64,000 nucleotides of DNA from Amphiscolops sp. MND2022 (taxonomy: Eukaryota). The notes under the pieces were generated by a model, which saw only the letters and a list, made by a program, of their open reading frames with translations, was not told the origin of the DNA and did no database searches. How positions within the stretch are numbered: the stretch's first letter is position 1; the number at the start of each line of letters is the position of its first letter. The DNA lies in the NCBI GenBank assembly GCA_964187785.1, contig OZ076409.1, positions 11,162,001 to 11,226,000 of the forward strand. Reading direction: 5' to 3'. The position numbers and the translations under genes are program-made. Below are positions 20,701 to 32,742 of this stretch, piece after piece.

Positions 20701-22917
20701 GTCCACATACTGTGCACACTGTTCCGCTTTGATGACTTTGTCGAGGTATTCCCTCATGAAGCTTGAGAATGCGGACAGTGCCCGGCTGAGGCCTTGTGCC
20801 AAACGTCTGGATGCAAATGTGCGACTGGCAAAATTGAAAGCTAACATTTCAATTGAACGTTGGTCAGCCATTGGTAGGCAGTGATATGCCTGCGAACAGT
20901 CCAATTTACAGAAAAGTTTTTTGCCTGCTAGGTGTTGGGCAGCGTCGACTAGTGTACTGACGGGATGATTATTGTTGATATAATCATCCGAGATGAGGTT
21001 GTTGATTTTCCTCAGGTCAACCAGGAGTCGGAGTTTCCCATTTGGTTTCTTTTGTGCAAATATTGGACTCGCATATTTTGAAAACGGCAAAGTTGTTATT
21101 ATGCCATATTTGTGTAACATGGCTAATTCAACTAGGATGTCCTCCTTCAGGTTGATGGGAGCTGGAAGGCTCTGGCTATAGGCTGGGGAATCGTCCTTAT
21201 TCGTCAGTTTCACCTTGAATTCCTCATTCATACCTATATCAAATCGGTGTCGTGCAAATATATCATGGAATTCCACTAGGAATTCCTCGATTTTCTCCTT
21301 CTCTTCAGGAGTAAGGGTGGAATCTTTCCAATCAAAGTTTCCTAAAAATTTTGCACGGGATTCCTCATCTTTGGTGGGGTCAAGAGTCTCCAGGTCCTGT
21401 AAGGCCTGTAATTCTCGAAGGATTCGTTTTTGTATAGGTGTGTGTTCCTCAGGATTTCCAGGATTTTCTGGCGTCAGGAGCCAATAATTTTCGGAGTTTT
21501 GTGGATTTCTATTGGTCTTGATGAGACTGCTGACATAGTGGGCTGCCTGCTCCTGGTCATTCTGCAAAAGATGCCAGGTTGATGCCGGATCTACCGGTTT
21601 GACATACTTCATCTGTTCTGGCGTCATGACAGAGAAATTGGCAATATGAAGTCCCTTTTTGAGTTTATAAGGGTGGTCTGTGAAATTGTTCACTGGTATC
21701 AATATATTGCCGTCATTCAGAGTGACCAAAGCTGGGCAAAACGTGATGTCGCCTTCCTCGTGTAGAAGGTCGCTCGGTTGCAAAATTCCAGTGACAGCAT
21801 TCTCAGGGTAGAGTAGGGAATTGGTCCTAATTGGGACTCTATCATTTGGTGGAATAGTTGTCTCAATAGGGTTGAGAATTGGTTCTAGGACGTTTGAGTA
21901 TTTGTGATCAGCTGTTTTGAGCTGCATTGAAAAGAACGGGAAATTCAGGATTCCTTGTCTCATATCCAGAACTGTATGGTTTCTCTGAAGGAACATTAGT
22001 CCGATAATCGGTCCTGTCAAGTGTTCCATTACTATAAAAATCTCATGAAACTCGATGTCACCAACCTCAAATTTGAGCTCAATGGTACTCTTAGGAGTTA
22101 CCAATTGCCCGTTAGCGACCATTATTTGGAAATTCGGAGGCGGGCCTTCTCGGATAACAGATTGTGGAGATAGGAGGCGGATTTTCCGGAGGTCCATTTC
22201 AGGGATTGCACTGGACAGTGCCCCAGTGTCTATTAATCCATCAATGGTCAATTCCCCAAAGTCCATTGGGAAATAAAGCATGCGTTTCTTGCATTTGAGG
22301 TTAATGTTGGTTGACAGAGGTATACAGTCTGGTTCACCATCTCTGGTGATGAGTATATTTTGGAACTGTTTTTCGTCTAGTAATGATTGTGGTATGGCGT
22401 CGGTGGTATTTTCAGGGTTCTCGGTTCCCAGAGGGTTTGGGAACACTGGGTGGTTTGTACCATCGTTCATCTGCCAGTTTTCAATTAGTGCCCGTGTTTT
22501 CTTGTTGTGTGTGATCGGAGGGTTCTCGTGGACTGTTTTATTGTAGAGCTCGATGTCGTCTAAAACATACTAGAATTGCAGGAGGTCCTGGTTATAGATC
22601 TCTGTATCCCAGTAGGGATCTCCGTCATAGTCCGTGTCGATGTATGTTGGGTTGTAATCATCGATCAGGGGAATGGGCCTGAACCGGGTTGTAAAGGTAG
22701 TTGTATAATCAGGATCCCAAACAGGAATTGGTTTCTGGAACAAATGGGTGTTATTGTAGGTATTGGTGATGGCTTTTTCCATCTGCTGCTGCCAGACAAC
22801 AGAGGGATAGCCCATCAATTGCTGATTGTATTGGTGAAAAGTTTTCGTTGGAGGATCCGACCTGATGTATTGTCGGACGGATATGAGTTCGCTATATTGG
22901 AGTCGTGGCGAAGTTAG
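17721..22917 (-). pseudogene. pol: Gypsy pol of element B, broken by stops and frameshifts
   Basis: Fragments 20578-22470 (LIDTGA, YVDD), 19510-20391 (TDAS RNase H) and 17721-19433 (integrase, WVGPF). Confidence 0.93.
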
Positions 22918-24605
22918 TTTTTTGACTCATCATTAGAAGATGAGGATTGGGAGCTTGATGATGTCGGCTTGGTCTGAGGTTTCTGAGCCTTTGAATTAGG
23001 CTTATTATCATTTGAGTCCTCGGGTCTAGTGCGTTTGGGTTTAAGATGTGCACCGGCACCTTGCCAACATCTTTCTTCCGGGTGGTTCTTTTTGCCACAA
23101 GTGCCACACTCCGGATATGTTTTCTTTTGAGTCGACTTGCCTTGTTGGGCGTCTTTTTCTTTTTTCTTTTCAAACTTTTCACAGTCCTTGACCATGTGGC
23201 CCTTTTTCTTGCAGTAGTTGCAAGTGATGTCCGACATTTGTTCAGTGGACAGAGGCGTTTTGGGCTTAGTTGATGAGGAAGTCATTGTTGCCATTGGTAG
23301 GTCGTCTGACTCCTCGAGAGCGTTAAGTTCCAATTCCCTCTCTAAATGAGCAACTATCTCATCGTATGAGCCATTTTCTAATCTGGCCATGTTGACGGAC
23401 CGCTTCAGTTTTGGTGGCAGTTTTGCATAAAGCAAGCTGTCAATCATTTTCTGTGCATGATCACCAAACGCCTTTTCTGCTCCCTGGTTGAATTCCTCGA
23501 GAAAATCAGGCAGTTTCATTGTATTGGAATCGAATACCAGACGGTGCCATTTATGTTTGGCGGTCGCCTGTGACTCGGGCTTGACGTATTTTCGTCTAAA
23601 GATAACTAATACGTCCTCTAGAGTTTGTCGGTTACTTGAGCTGATGTTTCTGAATGTCTGAAGGGCATTCTTCCTCAATAAAGAGTGGAAGTGATTGATC
23701 TTCATTTGCTCAGTCATTTCTGGCTGCATCTTGATCATAGTGTGAAATAGGTCTTCGAACAGCTCGAATTTTTCACTTTTGCCATCGAATGTCATGGTAT
23801 TTGAGTTGACTGGGCGTATTGTGAGTTGCTGGGCTGTCGGTCTATTCTGCATCGTAGTCAAGACGTCTGCCAGTCGAATGATGGGGTCGGAGTCAATAGC
23901 CGTAGCGATTCTCTCTTGTGCCGGGATCGTCGTGTCGAGGTTGATGTCCTCAAAGGACCTGTCGAGATGATTTCTGGATGAGATTCGTCCTGTGAGAAAA
24001 TCAGGAACTTGATTTGGAGATTCGTTGTCTCCTGTCACCATGTCATGAACATTACGGTGTGTTTTGTCACCATGTTCACTATTAAGAGTAGTCTTAGCTC
24101 TCGCGTTGTGCTGAACTTCGGAATAACTTTCCGGCCTCTCATCAGATCTCTCCCATCCTCTTCTAGTCTCCTGTCCTGAACCGGCCATAATAACGTTTTG
24201 AATCTGGGGCAAAACCTGGTTATTGATGGCGTCACTTATGGCTCTCTGGATCTGAGAACTAACACTGTACATCATCTCATCCATTTCTCTAGATATTCTA
24301 GAGTTTAATTCACTCGATAACTTATTGATCTCAGCCTGAGAATCTATGCTTGCTGAATTTTGGCCGTAACCGTCATTAATCCCTCCTTCAAGATTTCTAT
24401 GGTCGGAATGGAGATTCATTTCATCTTCCAAATTATTACTTGTAATGCTTTCTTGCCTCCTAATCGAGGTGCCATTAAGGCTGTCGTCTCTTTCTGTCCC
24501 GTTAAAGTGATTCTCTCCTAACATAATATCAAGGTTCTCAATGTCTGAGAGGAACTCTAATCCCCTAGACGTTCTTGCCTTCTTTTGTTTTCTTGTAGTA
24601 GGCAT
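22914..24605 (-). CDS. gag: Gag of element B (likely start MPTTRKQKK)
   Basis: TFDGKSEKFELFE capsid-like motif; CNYCKKKGHMVKDC and CGTCGKKNHPEERC knuckles. Confidence 0.92.
   Translation of the reverse strand: MPTTRKQKKARTSRGLEFLSDIENLDIMLGENHFNGTERDDSLNGTSIRRQESITSNNLEDEMNLHSDHRNLEGGINDGYGQNSASIDSQAEINKLSSELNSRISREMDEMMYSVSSQIQRAISDAINNQVLPQIQNVIMAGSGQETRRGWERSDERPESYSEVQHNARAKTTLNSEHGDKTHRNVHDMVTGDNESPNQVPDFLTGRISSRNHLDRSFEDINLDTTIPAQERIATAIDSDPIIRLADVLTTMQNRPTAQQLTIRPVNSNTMTFDGKSEKFELFEDLFHTMIKMQPEMTEQMKINHFHSLLRKNALQTFRNISSSNRQTLEDVLVIFRRKYVKPESQATAKHKWHRLVFDSNTMKLPDFLEEFNQGAEKAFGDHAQKMIDSLLYAKLPPKLKRSVNMARLENGSYDEIVAHLERELELNALEESDDLPMATMTSSSTKPKTPLSTEQMSDITCNYCKKKGHMVKDCEKFEKKKEKDAQQGKSTQKKTYPECGTCGKKNHPEERCWQGAGAHLKPKRTRPEDSNDNKPNSKAQKPQTKPTSSSSQSSSSNDESKN
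22917..22923 (-). promoter_or_regulatory. -1 frameshift slippery site A AAA AAC (B)
   Basis: TCA AAA AAC TAA at the end of gag. Confidence 0.8.
24029..24040 (-). promoter_or_regulatory. Primer-binding site TGGTGACAGGAG (B)
   Basis: GTTCATGACA|TGGTGACAGGAG on the minus strand. Confidence 0.85.
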
Positions 24606-25992
24606 TATGACGAAACCGGGTTGAAAACTTGAATTGTCAATTCCGGAAAAGTTAACAAAGAAATCGTTTTGAATAACTTTACTAGCATGGGTCAAAATGA
24701 ATTAATGAATTCCCCAAGCGGGGCAATGGTATATATACCGCACGGGGAGTGGCAAACGCATTTTTTGCATGACTAGCAAATCATGTGACATATAGCATCA
24801 AAGAAATTATCCCAGCGTTTACATATTTCGGGATTTTAAACTAACAATTCTCGGAAAGAAATTAATCAATTCGGTAACATCAAACAAATCATTGACTAAA
24901 CTATTTGCATCAAAGTGCCGCTGAATTGTGATCATAAGGTCACACGACCGTTCAAATTCTTGTTTTGACATCTTCAACAAGTATTCAAAAGGCGCACGGT
25001 ACATCAAATAGCATCAATTAAAATGTTTACACAGCTAATATTTCAGGAATGCTGACAATCTCGTGTCGGCACATGTCCTGTTAGCAGGCTAAACCAACTT
25101 GTATTCAACAATGTTACATGTAATAACATACATTGACTTTTGAATACTACACCCATAAATTACATGTTTGAACTGGCTAATAAATCCGGATAGGTCTTTT
25201 GGACCAATATGAACAGCAACATCATACACTGGCATTGATTGTATTAATTAGTTTCAAGGATTGCATGATTGTTTGTGACGTACTTGTAACTATACATGAC
25301 ATTTAAAGCACACTAAATAGTTGAAACTAGCGTCTGGATATTAGGTTTGAAAGAGGGCCTTAACCGGCCATCGTCCGGTTGGCCATAGCAACAAAGAACG
25401 GAAGTCAGTCAAATGGCCTTATTCGGCCTAAAATTTAAATGAGTAAAATAAAGCGCCAATTAGCTAAAATGCACGTTTAATTAGCACAGGGACATGGCTA
25501 GACAATTATTTGTTGAACTATAGCAATGTTTACGTTAATATCCTTTCATCTGAACACTAAGGCCGGAACCGGCCGTTTGACTAAAGTGTCAATCAATTAG
25601 AGATGAAATTTTGGCGCATGGCCTTAACCGGCCATTAATTAAATACAGCACTAGTAATGCTCAAATGGATGAATATGATTAGCTAATATGTTGATTCCAA
25701 GTGACGTCTCCGGAATAAGAGTTTCGTTCACTTGAACTCGTTTCCTTTACGTTGTACAGCTATATTGCTACGTATTACTTTCATAATCGCAAAGCACCTT
25801 TCAACTTTTGAACCACAATTACATTGTTTGGACCTTCAAATGTAGTTTTAACAGACTAATTTTACATATGCAAATATATATTAAGACTAGCAACATTAAC
25901 AAACGTACTATGTAATGAATAACAAAATGGCAAAAAAGTTTTTAAGTTCCGTGTTTTAACCTGATCAATAGATGGGTAGTGTTCCGGTTACA
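24041..25992 (-). repeat. 5' LTR of element B (outer boundary tentative)
   Basis: Inner end fixed by the PBS; outer end TGTAACCGGAACA resembles TGTCATGAACA; GGCC-N6-GGCC motifs at 25356, 25415, 25561 and 25620. Confidence 0.5.
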
Positions 25993-26312
25993 AACTCTTG
26001 CCCGTTTGCCGATGTAGTCACTGTCGTACCGTCACAGGCGGCAGCCTGCGACACCACTGTTTCTTGAAAAAAAAGTTGTTTGAGGCTTATGAAGGTGCGG
26101 CTATTATGCCCAGGTGGACGAGTTGATTGGAACTTATCTTCTTCATAATTTATATTGTTTGCATATTATTACTGAAATTGTTTCCAAAAACACACCTAAT
26201 GTTAATCTCAAACCTGTTTTGAGCCCAAGTTTACCATCACCCAGCTGGGCCGAAGTTGTCAAAAAACTTTTGAAGAACAAGATTTTGGAAAAACTGTAGT
26301 TATAAACATTAT

Positions 26313-28687
26313 TGTTACGACTATTCACCGGTGTAATTTTACGAGTAGTCGCAGTGGTTTTATTTTTGATTGGTGTTGAAGTTGCATTTTCCGGAATTTT
26401 TTCGGATTCAGAATCTGTTTCTTCAGTGGCTGTTATGATGGTTTGCTTTTTAACGGGAGGAGCTATTAGTTTTAGTATCTCCTTTTGGTTCTCAGCTAAG
26501 ATTTTAGCAAGATCAGACATGATCTCTTTCCTCAATGAGGACTTGATTTCCTCCAGGTTTTCAGTGAGTACTCTAGGAGATTTACTCGTTCCCGCAACGG
26601 GATTTAAGTTTTGGCTAGTTTCAGGCATTGGAGTTTCAATTTCTGTAGAAACTAATTCTTCAACAGCTTTTCTCTTCTGGCTTCTAGTAGTCATTTTTGA
26701 GAGAGAGAGAGAGGTTGTTCTTTGGAAAACTCGAATTCTTCAAAGAAAATATGGTTTTCAGAAACGAAGTATCAACGTAGCAAAGTAAAAAACAGATTAA
26801 CAGATCCACTTATTTTACATATCCCTAGGTATATATACTTTCATAGCATCATTAGTTCCTCACCTAAAAATTCCTAGGAATCCTTAAAATCGGTTTTGTT
26901 CATCAAAATTGCTTAATCATCCTTATTATTTCAACCCTTTAATTAATTGTTCACGATTTAAAATTCCTAGTCACGGCTCCCTTACAGAGTGCTTGTTGAA
27001 ATCATTTTTGTTCACTATCATCATTTCCGGTTTGATCGCGGAAAAGGCGGCAAAATGAAAGTCTAGTTGAATTTTCATCGAGAAACGCACGCTGGCGTGA
27101 TCAATGATTCATCTCGAGACTAGTGAAAATCGTCTGTTCGCGGTAAAAGAATGACAAGCAAAACTGATTACGGAAATATCTCGGAGTGATTTTGGGTAGA
27201 TGTGCTGGGAATATTTTGAAAAAAAAACAAATGATGCTGGAAAACGGTTAATACCGATCAAGAGCTGAGATAGCAAACAATATAACACAGAATCATTTTG
27301 AGCTTCTGAACTACTTTTACACGTATTGGAACATGATGGTTTGATTAATACAGATCAATGGCTCATCTAGCCCAAAGAACATAACATATTGAATGTACAA
27401 AACATCCTTTTCCAAAATGAAGGAAAGCACCTTTCTTTTAATGATTTCCTTTGTTTTAACCTGTAGTACGATCAATTTTATTAGGTATTAAACGGGGACA
27501 ATTCGGAAAGGTATTATTCCAATGTTATGATATTTTGAACATTCCTTTTCGGTTCCGTATAGCATAAGGAATATCTTGATATATTAGAACAGTTTTGATT
27601 TTGCAGCATTTCTTTTTAGTCGTTCTGTATGTTTTAACATTAGACATAACCTTGTCTTTTCACAATTTGCTCCGTAAGCGCTCCGTACGTATTAAGATTA
27701 GTTATAGCTTTTTCGCATTACAATTTGCTCCGTAAGCGCTCCGTACGTATTAAGATTAGTTATAGCTTCTTCGCATTACAATTTGCTCCGTAAGCGCTCC
27801 GTACGTATTAAGATTAGTTATAGCTTCTTCGCATTACAATTTGCTCCGTAAGCGCTCCGTACGTATTAAGATTAGTTATAGCTTCTTCGCATTACAATTT
27901 GCTCCGTAAGCGCTCCGTACGTATTAAAATTAGTTATAGCTTCTTCGCATTACACTTTGCTCCGTAAGCGCTCCGTACGTATTAAGATTAGGTATAGCTG
28001 AGCAGCGCATGCTTGCGGGGACAGAGCGGACAGCGTTAACAAATTCATTCTTATTCTCTCGCTCAATTGGCGTTGCTATGGTAACTAGGGATGGTGAAAG
28101 ACGACGCTATTGGTCCGTAAAAATAGAAACATCTACTCTTCAATCAAGCTGAGTGACGCCGTCATTACGTTGTAAATATTCTCTTAAGTTGCTTAACTGC
28201 ATTCTTAAGTGGATATTCACAACTATTCAATCATTGGAAAACAATTCCGCCATTCTCTTTGTATGTTCTTTCCTTTTAGATTGCATGAATTCCGTTGGGA
28301 CCTCGGAATTGAATTTCATTTTGGTGTTTTCATTTTAGTGTGGAAAAGAAAAAGGTCCCAAAGTTAAGAATGTTTTTAATTTGTTATTTAGATTTGTATG
28401 GGATTTTCAGCTGACGAAACCGGAAGTAACGGAACGGTCACGCATGAAAACTTTATACCGGAAGTTTCGTTCCGTCTAAAATCACTTTTGGATATTTTAC
28501 TTATCGCTTTCGTTATACTAAAATCCTTTTGTTCTGATTATTAACTCGTACTACAGTTAAACAAAGGTAAGTGATCAGTCAAAGTTTTTTACCTAATTTT
28601 GTGAGGCATTGCCATGTCCTCGCCCTCTTGCGAATTTCGGTATTCCTCGGCAACAGGAAAAATTCCGACCAGGAGCGGGTCGTGACT
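26313..28687 (-). repeat. 3' LTR of element C (contains a copy of the gag N-terminus)
   Basis: Direct repeat of 38990-41320; about 4% mismatches by eye in the first ~390 bp. Confidence 0.95.
27663..27998. repeat. 58-bp tandem repeat, ~5.8 copies, in the 3' LTR of C
   Basis: CAATTTGCTCCGTAAGCGCTCCGTACGTATTAAGATTAGTTATAGCTTCTTCGCATTA units at 27663, 27721, 27779, 27837, 27895 and 27953. Confidence 0.97.
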
Positions 28688-29243
28688 GGGCGCCTCTATA
28701 ACTTGTTGACCACGGCCTGGGGCAATGTGGGATCTCTCTAGCAATAAGTACGGGCTGCTTTCGTGCTCTTCTGATTCTCGCGGAGGTAAATGAGTTCCCT
28801 CTTCCGGCAGTGCAGTAGTAGTCTTCTGTCATTGATAGCCCGTGAGTCTCTTCTATTTCTTTGATGGAAGGCTCGTCTAGGTCATTCAACTTCTCTATCT
28901 TTGACGGGGAGACGTATTCTTTTTCGTTCCTGATGTCAGCAAGTACTGGGGCACGGGTCAGTTCAGGCATCTCCCGGGACGAATCCGGTTCTTCGTAGTA
29001 GTCTTCAGAGTTTTCTTTCTGGTGTGACTCAACGACAAAAGCTTCTTCCGTATGAGATTCGAATGTCGATACTGATTCTTGAGTTGAATTAAGGTCCGCC
29101 TCGCTTCCCCGCCATACTTCCACGGAAGAATCACTTAAGTTGAGTCACCCCACCATGTTTAAGGGTAGGGTTTTGATCGGCGTACTGTATCTATGATTTT
29201 CTTCGTCCGAAGAGATGTCGATGACAAGGGCATAGTTGTCCAT
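28593..29243 (-). pseudogene. Small acidic accessory ORF with SIM-like motif (element C), one in-frame TGA
   Basis: ATG at 29243 gives MDNYALVIDISSDEENH, in frame with the listed ORF 28593-29123; TGA at 29145-29147; the ORF runs into the 3' LTR. Confidence 0.55.
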
Positions 29244-29798
29244 TTTTCTTTTAGCGATTTTTGTCTAAGTCTTGAAGAAATAATTCTGGACAAACTTTTC
29301 TTTACGTTTATTGTACGGCAAATGAGAAGGTCAATTTTCTTCTATTCATGTTTTTCCTGTATTCCTATTGGCTGATATTTTTCTTCTTATTTCGGTTCGT
29401 TTTATCTTCGGAAAGCGTTTCACTTCCATCTGCGCTGTGATTGGCTGAACCGAATAAACTGAAGTTTCTAATTTTGAACCTCGTCATGTCGTCATCAATT
29501 TCTTTCCGGTGATGATCCGTGTGACGTCATAATTTAGAAAATGATCTGTTTTCCTTTTAGGACATTCAAATAGTCAGATTTATTTTTTGGTTTTTTTTGT
29601 TTTGGGAGTGATATGCTCTCGTCAGTGCTTTATCAGGCTTATGTGAAATAAGATGACAGGTGTATTTTCCTTTTCTTGGTCGTGAATAAATGATTTTGGA
29701 CTCTTTCCTTATTTTTATCTTTCGGAGCGTTCTCGTTGCTCTTCTCTTGTTTGACTTGTTGTTTTCTTTTAGATTGCTTCTGAAGATTTTGCTCCCTT
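29244..29798. promoter_or_regulatory. Candidate divergent promoter in element C
   Basis: Head-to-head ORFs; ATTGGCTGA (CCAAT) twice; GTGACGTCAT (CRE-like); TTTCCGGT. Confidence 0.4.
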
Positions 29799-32565
29799 AT
29801 GGAAGACGAAGGGGCAGGGCAATCCTCTACCGTACCTCGTACAGGTTTCTTCAGTGGAAATGAGACAAACTTTGAGTATTCCGATGACGATGTTCTTCCG
29901 GAAGCTGTCTCTTCTGCCTCAGGTTGGTAAAATCTTTCCGTTTTCCATGGGTATTTGGACTATTTGTTTTTGGTGATCAGCCTTTATAGTCTTACCCGTA
30001 ACTCTGACGCGTCAAGCCAGATCTTGATTTTCAGTATCTCAACCTGTCTCAACTTCAGCTGCTATTACTTGTGTCACTTCCACGGCTGTAGTTGTCTCCA
30101 GTTCTTCCGTGTTGCCTCCGGTTTCAAGTGTTCTAACTGTCCGTGCTTCTGTCAATGATGTATTGACTTCTGCGCTTAATGCGTCTGGATCTGGGCCTTC
30201 ATCTGGACTTTTTCTTTCTTGCTCCGCTGAAGATCCGACGAGTGTCAGTGTTGATCCCGTTGGGAGTCAACCTCATGTTACAGATCCTGTTCCTTCTCCT
30301 ACTGGTGGCTCGGATAGTGAGTCTCAAGGAGGTGAGACTGATGCCCCCGTCGATCGAGAAACAGGTCAGTGCATTCTTATTTGTTGTTTGGGTGGGAGGC
30401 TGTATTTCTTTTCTTTCATGGTGTATTTGTACGTGTAAGTTTTTCCTTTGGAATATTTCTCCGTTAGTTATACGGATGTTGTGATGTTTTATTTTCTCCA
30501 CCTGTTGCTGGCCGTAAGATGGTGGTGAAATTTAAAACTCCTCCAAAGGGGTTTTGCTTTGTGGTCTGGTGGGAGGACGATCATCTAAAGAAGGTGTGCA
30601 TCAGTGTGGAGTCTCTTGATCAAACATTGCCCGATGCTGAATTGGTTCCTCTTTCTCGCGTGATTCACAGTCTGGATCCTCCTCAGTTTCCGTTGTGTAT
30701 CCGTGGTGCAAGTCCAACGCTGGTTCGTGTACTTGGCGAAGTACTTCCCGATGGTAGGGATTTTGTGGTCCACGAGCGTTTTACTAGTGAGGTGTTCCTA
30801 GAGTGCTTCCGTCGGGCGCACCAGAATATTTTCGGGATGCTAGAGGTCGTGACTGCAGTGGAATACATTGTAATGCGGATGCGCAGTGCTCTTCATGATA
30901 CGTGGACTGAAGGGAAGACAGTGTTGCGCCGTTGCATACGTAAGGGTTCCGTTCCTTTTGAGGATTTGCTCCATGTTGTGGACGATATAGTTGGACTGTG
31001 GGCAAACATTCGTCCTTTCGTTCGTTATACGGGGTTGCCACATGTTGAAGAACGGGTTGACAGCGTTAGTATTTCATCCATTGCTTTTGACAAGTTTCTC
31101 TTTTTGTCGATCCTGTTCTTGAAAGTTGGTTTTTTTGTTACTAGATGCGCGGTGCAGATTGGAATATAATTGCAGATGGTATGATTTTATACAAGTTTGG
31201 ACTTCTGCGATTGGTACTAACCACATGTAAGGGTTGATTTTTGCGTTCTTCTCTTTGCCATTGCCTGTTACGGATTGTGTTGGAGTTCTTGCATGAGTTC
31301 GACTGTTTCTGAGTGAAGCTGTTAATTGTATTGTTTGCCGAGTCATGTCCTCTTTTAGTTTGACTTTTGATTATCTGTGACTATCCCGTTCGTATGATTT
31401 TTTTGTGTGTGTTTCAGTTCGTAACAATTTCGTGAAGTTCTTTGGGCAGCGTGATGATTACGATTTCTGTTGTTACGGGGAAATCTGTAATTTTGTGTAT
31501 TGCTTGCTGCTGAAAACTCGATCCACAGATGGACTTCCTGGCATTCATGAGCGGTAGAGTTACAAGGACGTTGAGAAAATTGCTGGTTTCCCTGCTATAT
31601 CAGCTGATGCGTTCCTTGTGAACTACGAATTGGGCCAGGAATTGTTGAAAGGCAAGACAAGTGAAGTACAGGAGTTCCGTGTTAACTGTCGCAAGTTTCT
31701 CGATGAGTTGATTCGGGAGATTGTTTGCCATCGGAGCGTTTCTTCTGGAGTTTCTCGTGGTCTTTACTGTTTTGGTCCCGAGATTCTGCTTGATGGGGAT
31801 GGCGAAAGGGTTTTTGGCCTGTTTGCTGGTCTTTGCAAATAATTAGTTGACTGCGGAGTGCTGCCGTTGGGATCTTCGAGTGCCGCAGTTGATGAGTTCT
31901 ACAGTTATGTAGTAGAGAAACGTCGCCAGTATGCCAGGAGTGATCGATCGGGAAGTGCACTATTTGATGTTATGGCTTTTTTGTTGGGCGATTATTCTTT
32001 CCAGTCACGTCACAATGTCTTACGGATATTCAAACTGTGTTGTTTGATTGTGAGTTCCGGCCGGAGCCGTTATCCTTCCATGTTGTTGGAGCTTCCTGGT
32101 AGCGCATTGAATCAGAAGGCTGTGAATAATTGTGTCAGGATGGTGCAGTCCTATGTGTTGAGTCCGGGCTATGTCCCGAAGTTGTTCTTCACTGATTTGA
32201 CATTGGATGCTGTGCGGAGTGCTGTCGAGGATGCGGGCGTGTTTTATGTGACTGGCGATTTTGATGTGTGGAAGAACGTTTGTAGTTCCGGGTTTGCTGC
32301 GTTTGTGTCTGCTGTGAGTGCTTCATACTCAAAGGTGTTGTCGCGACGTCGAGAAGCCGAGGAAAAAGATTATACTGAGTGGAATCGGGCTAATACGCAG
32401 ACCCAGATTGACCGTCGAGCTGGCTCTAGTCGTAATGAGAGCGGCGGGAGTGTTGTGGCCAAACCCAAGAAGACAGCGGCAAGTGGTTCAAATGGAAGTG
32501 GAGGGTCCAGCTCTAAAGGTGGACCATCAAAATCTGGCAGTGAAAAGAAAACCGGCCAAGAATGA
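29799..32565 (+). pseudogene. Antisense multi-exon accessory gene of element C (homolog of the B gene; BED region apparently deleted; two nonsense codons)
   Basis: Exons about 29799-29922, 30035-30364, ~30500-31064, 31145-31226 and 31418-32565. The 82-nt exon and both flanking intron phases match B. Stops near 31555 and 31840. Confidence 0.72.
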
Positions 32566-32742
32566 TGCTGATCGGGGTGTTTATGATACCCTCAATAGAT
32601 CATCTAGTAGTTGAGGTTGTCCTGTTCAGACTCTGCAATTTTTTAATTTTCAGGCATTTGTTACTCTGCTCTTGTTATTATTGTATTGTAGTTTAGAAAT
32701 TAACGTTACCATCCCGGTTCGGCGTGGTCTACTTGATCATTT

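Larger units (their letters stand above)
11605..25992 (-). mobile_element. Ty3/Gypsy LTR retrotransposon B (decayed pol; 3' LTR not seen)
   Basis: gag, frameshifted pol fragments homologous to A, PBS at 24029-24040. Both outer boundaries are tentative. Confidence 0.85.

Noticed and set aside
26143..26694. 183-aa ORF as an independent gene
   Set aside because: It is the LTR-borne copy of the gag N-terminus running into flanking DNA.
27663..27998. CRISPR-like appearance of the 58-bp repeats (also 40354-40631)
   Set aside because: Units are contiguous with no unique spacers, there are no cas genes, and the context is a eukaryotic LTR.
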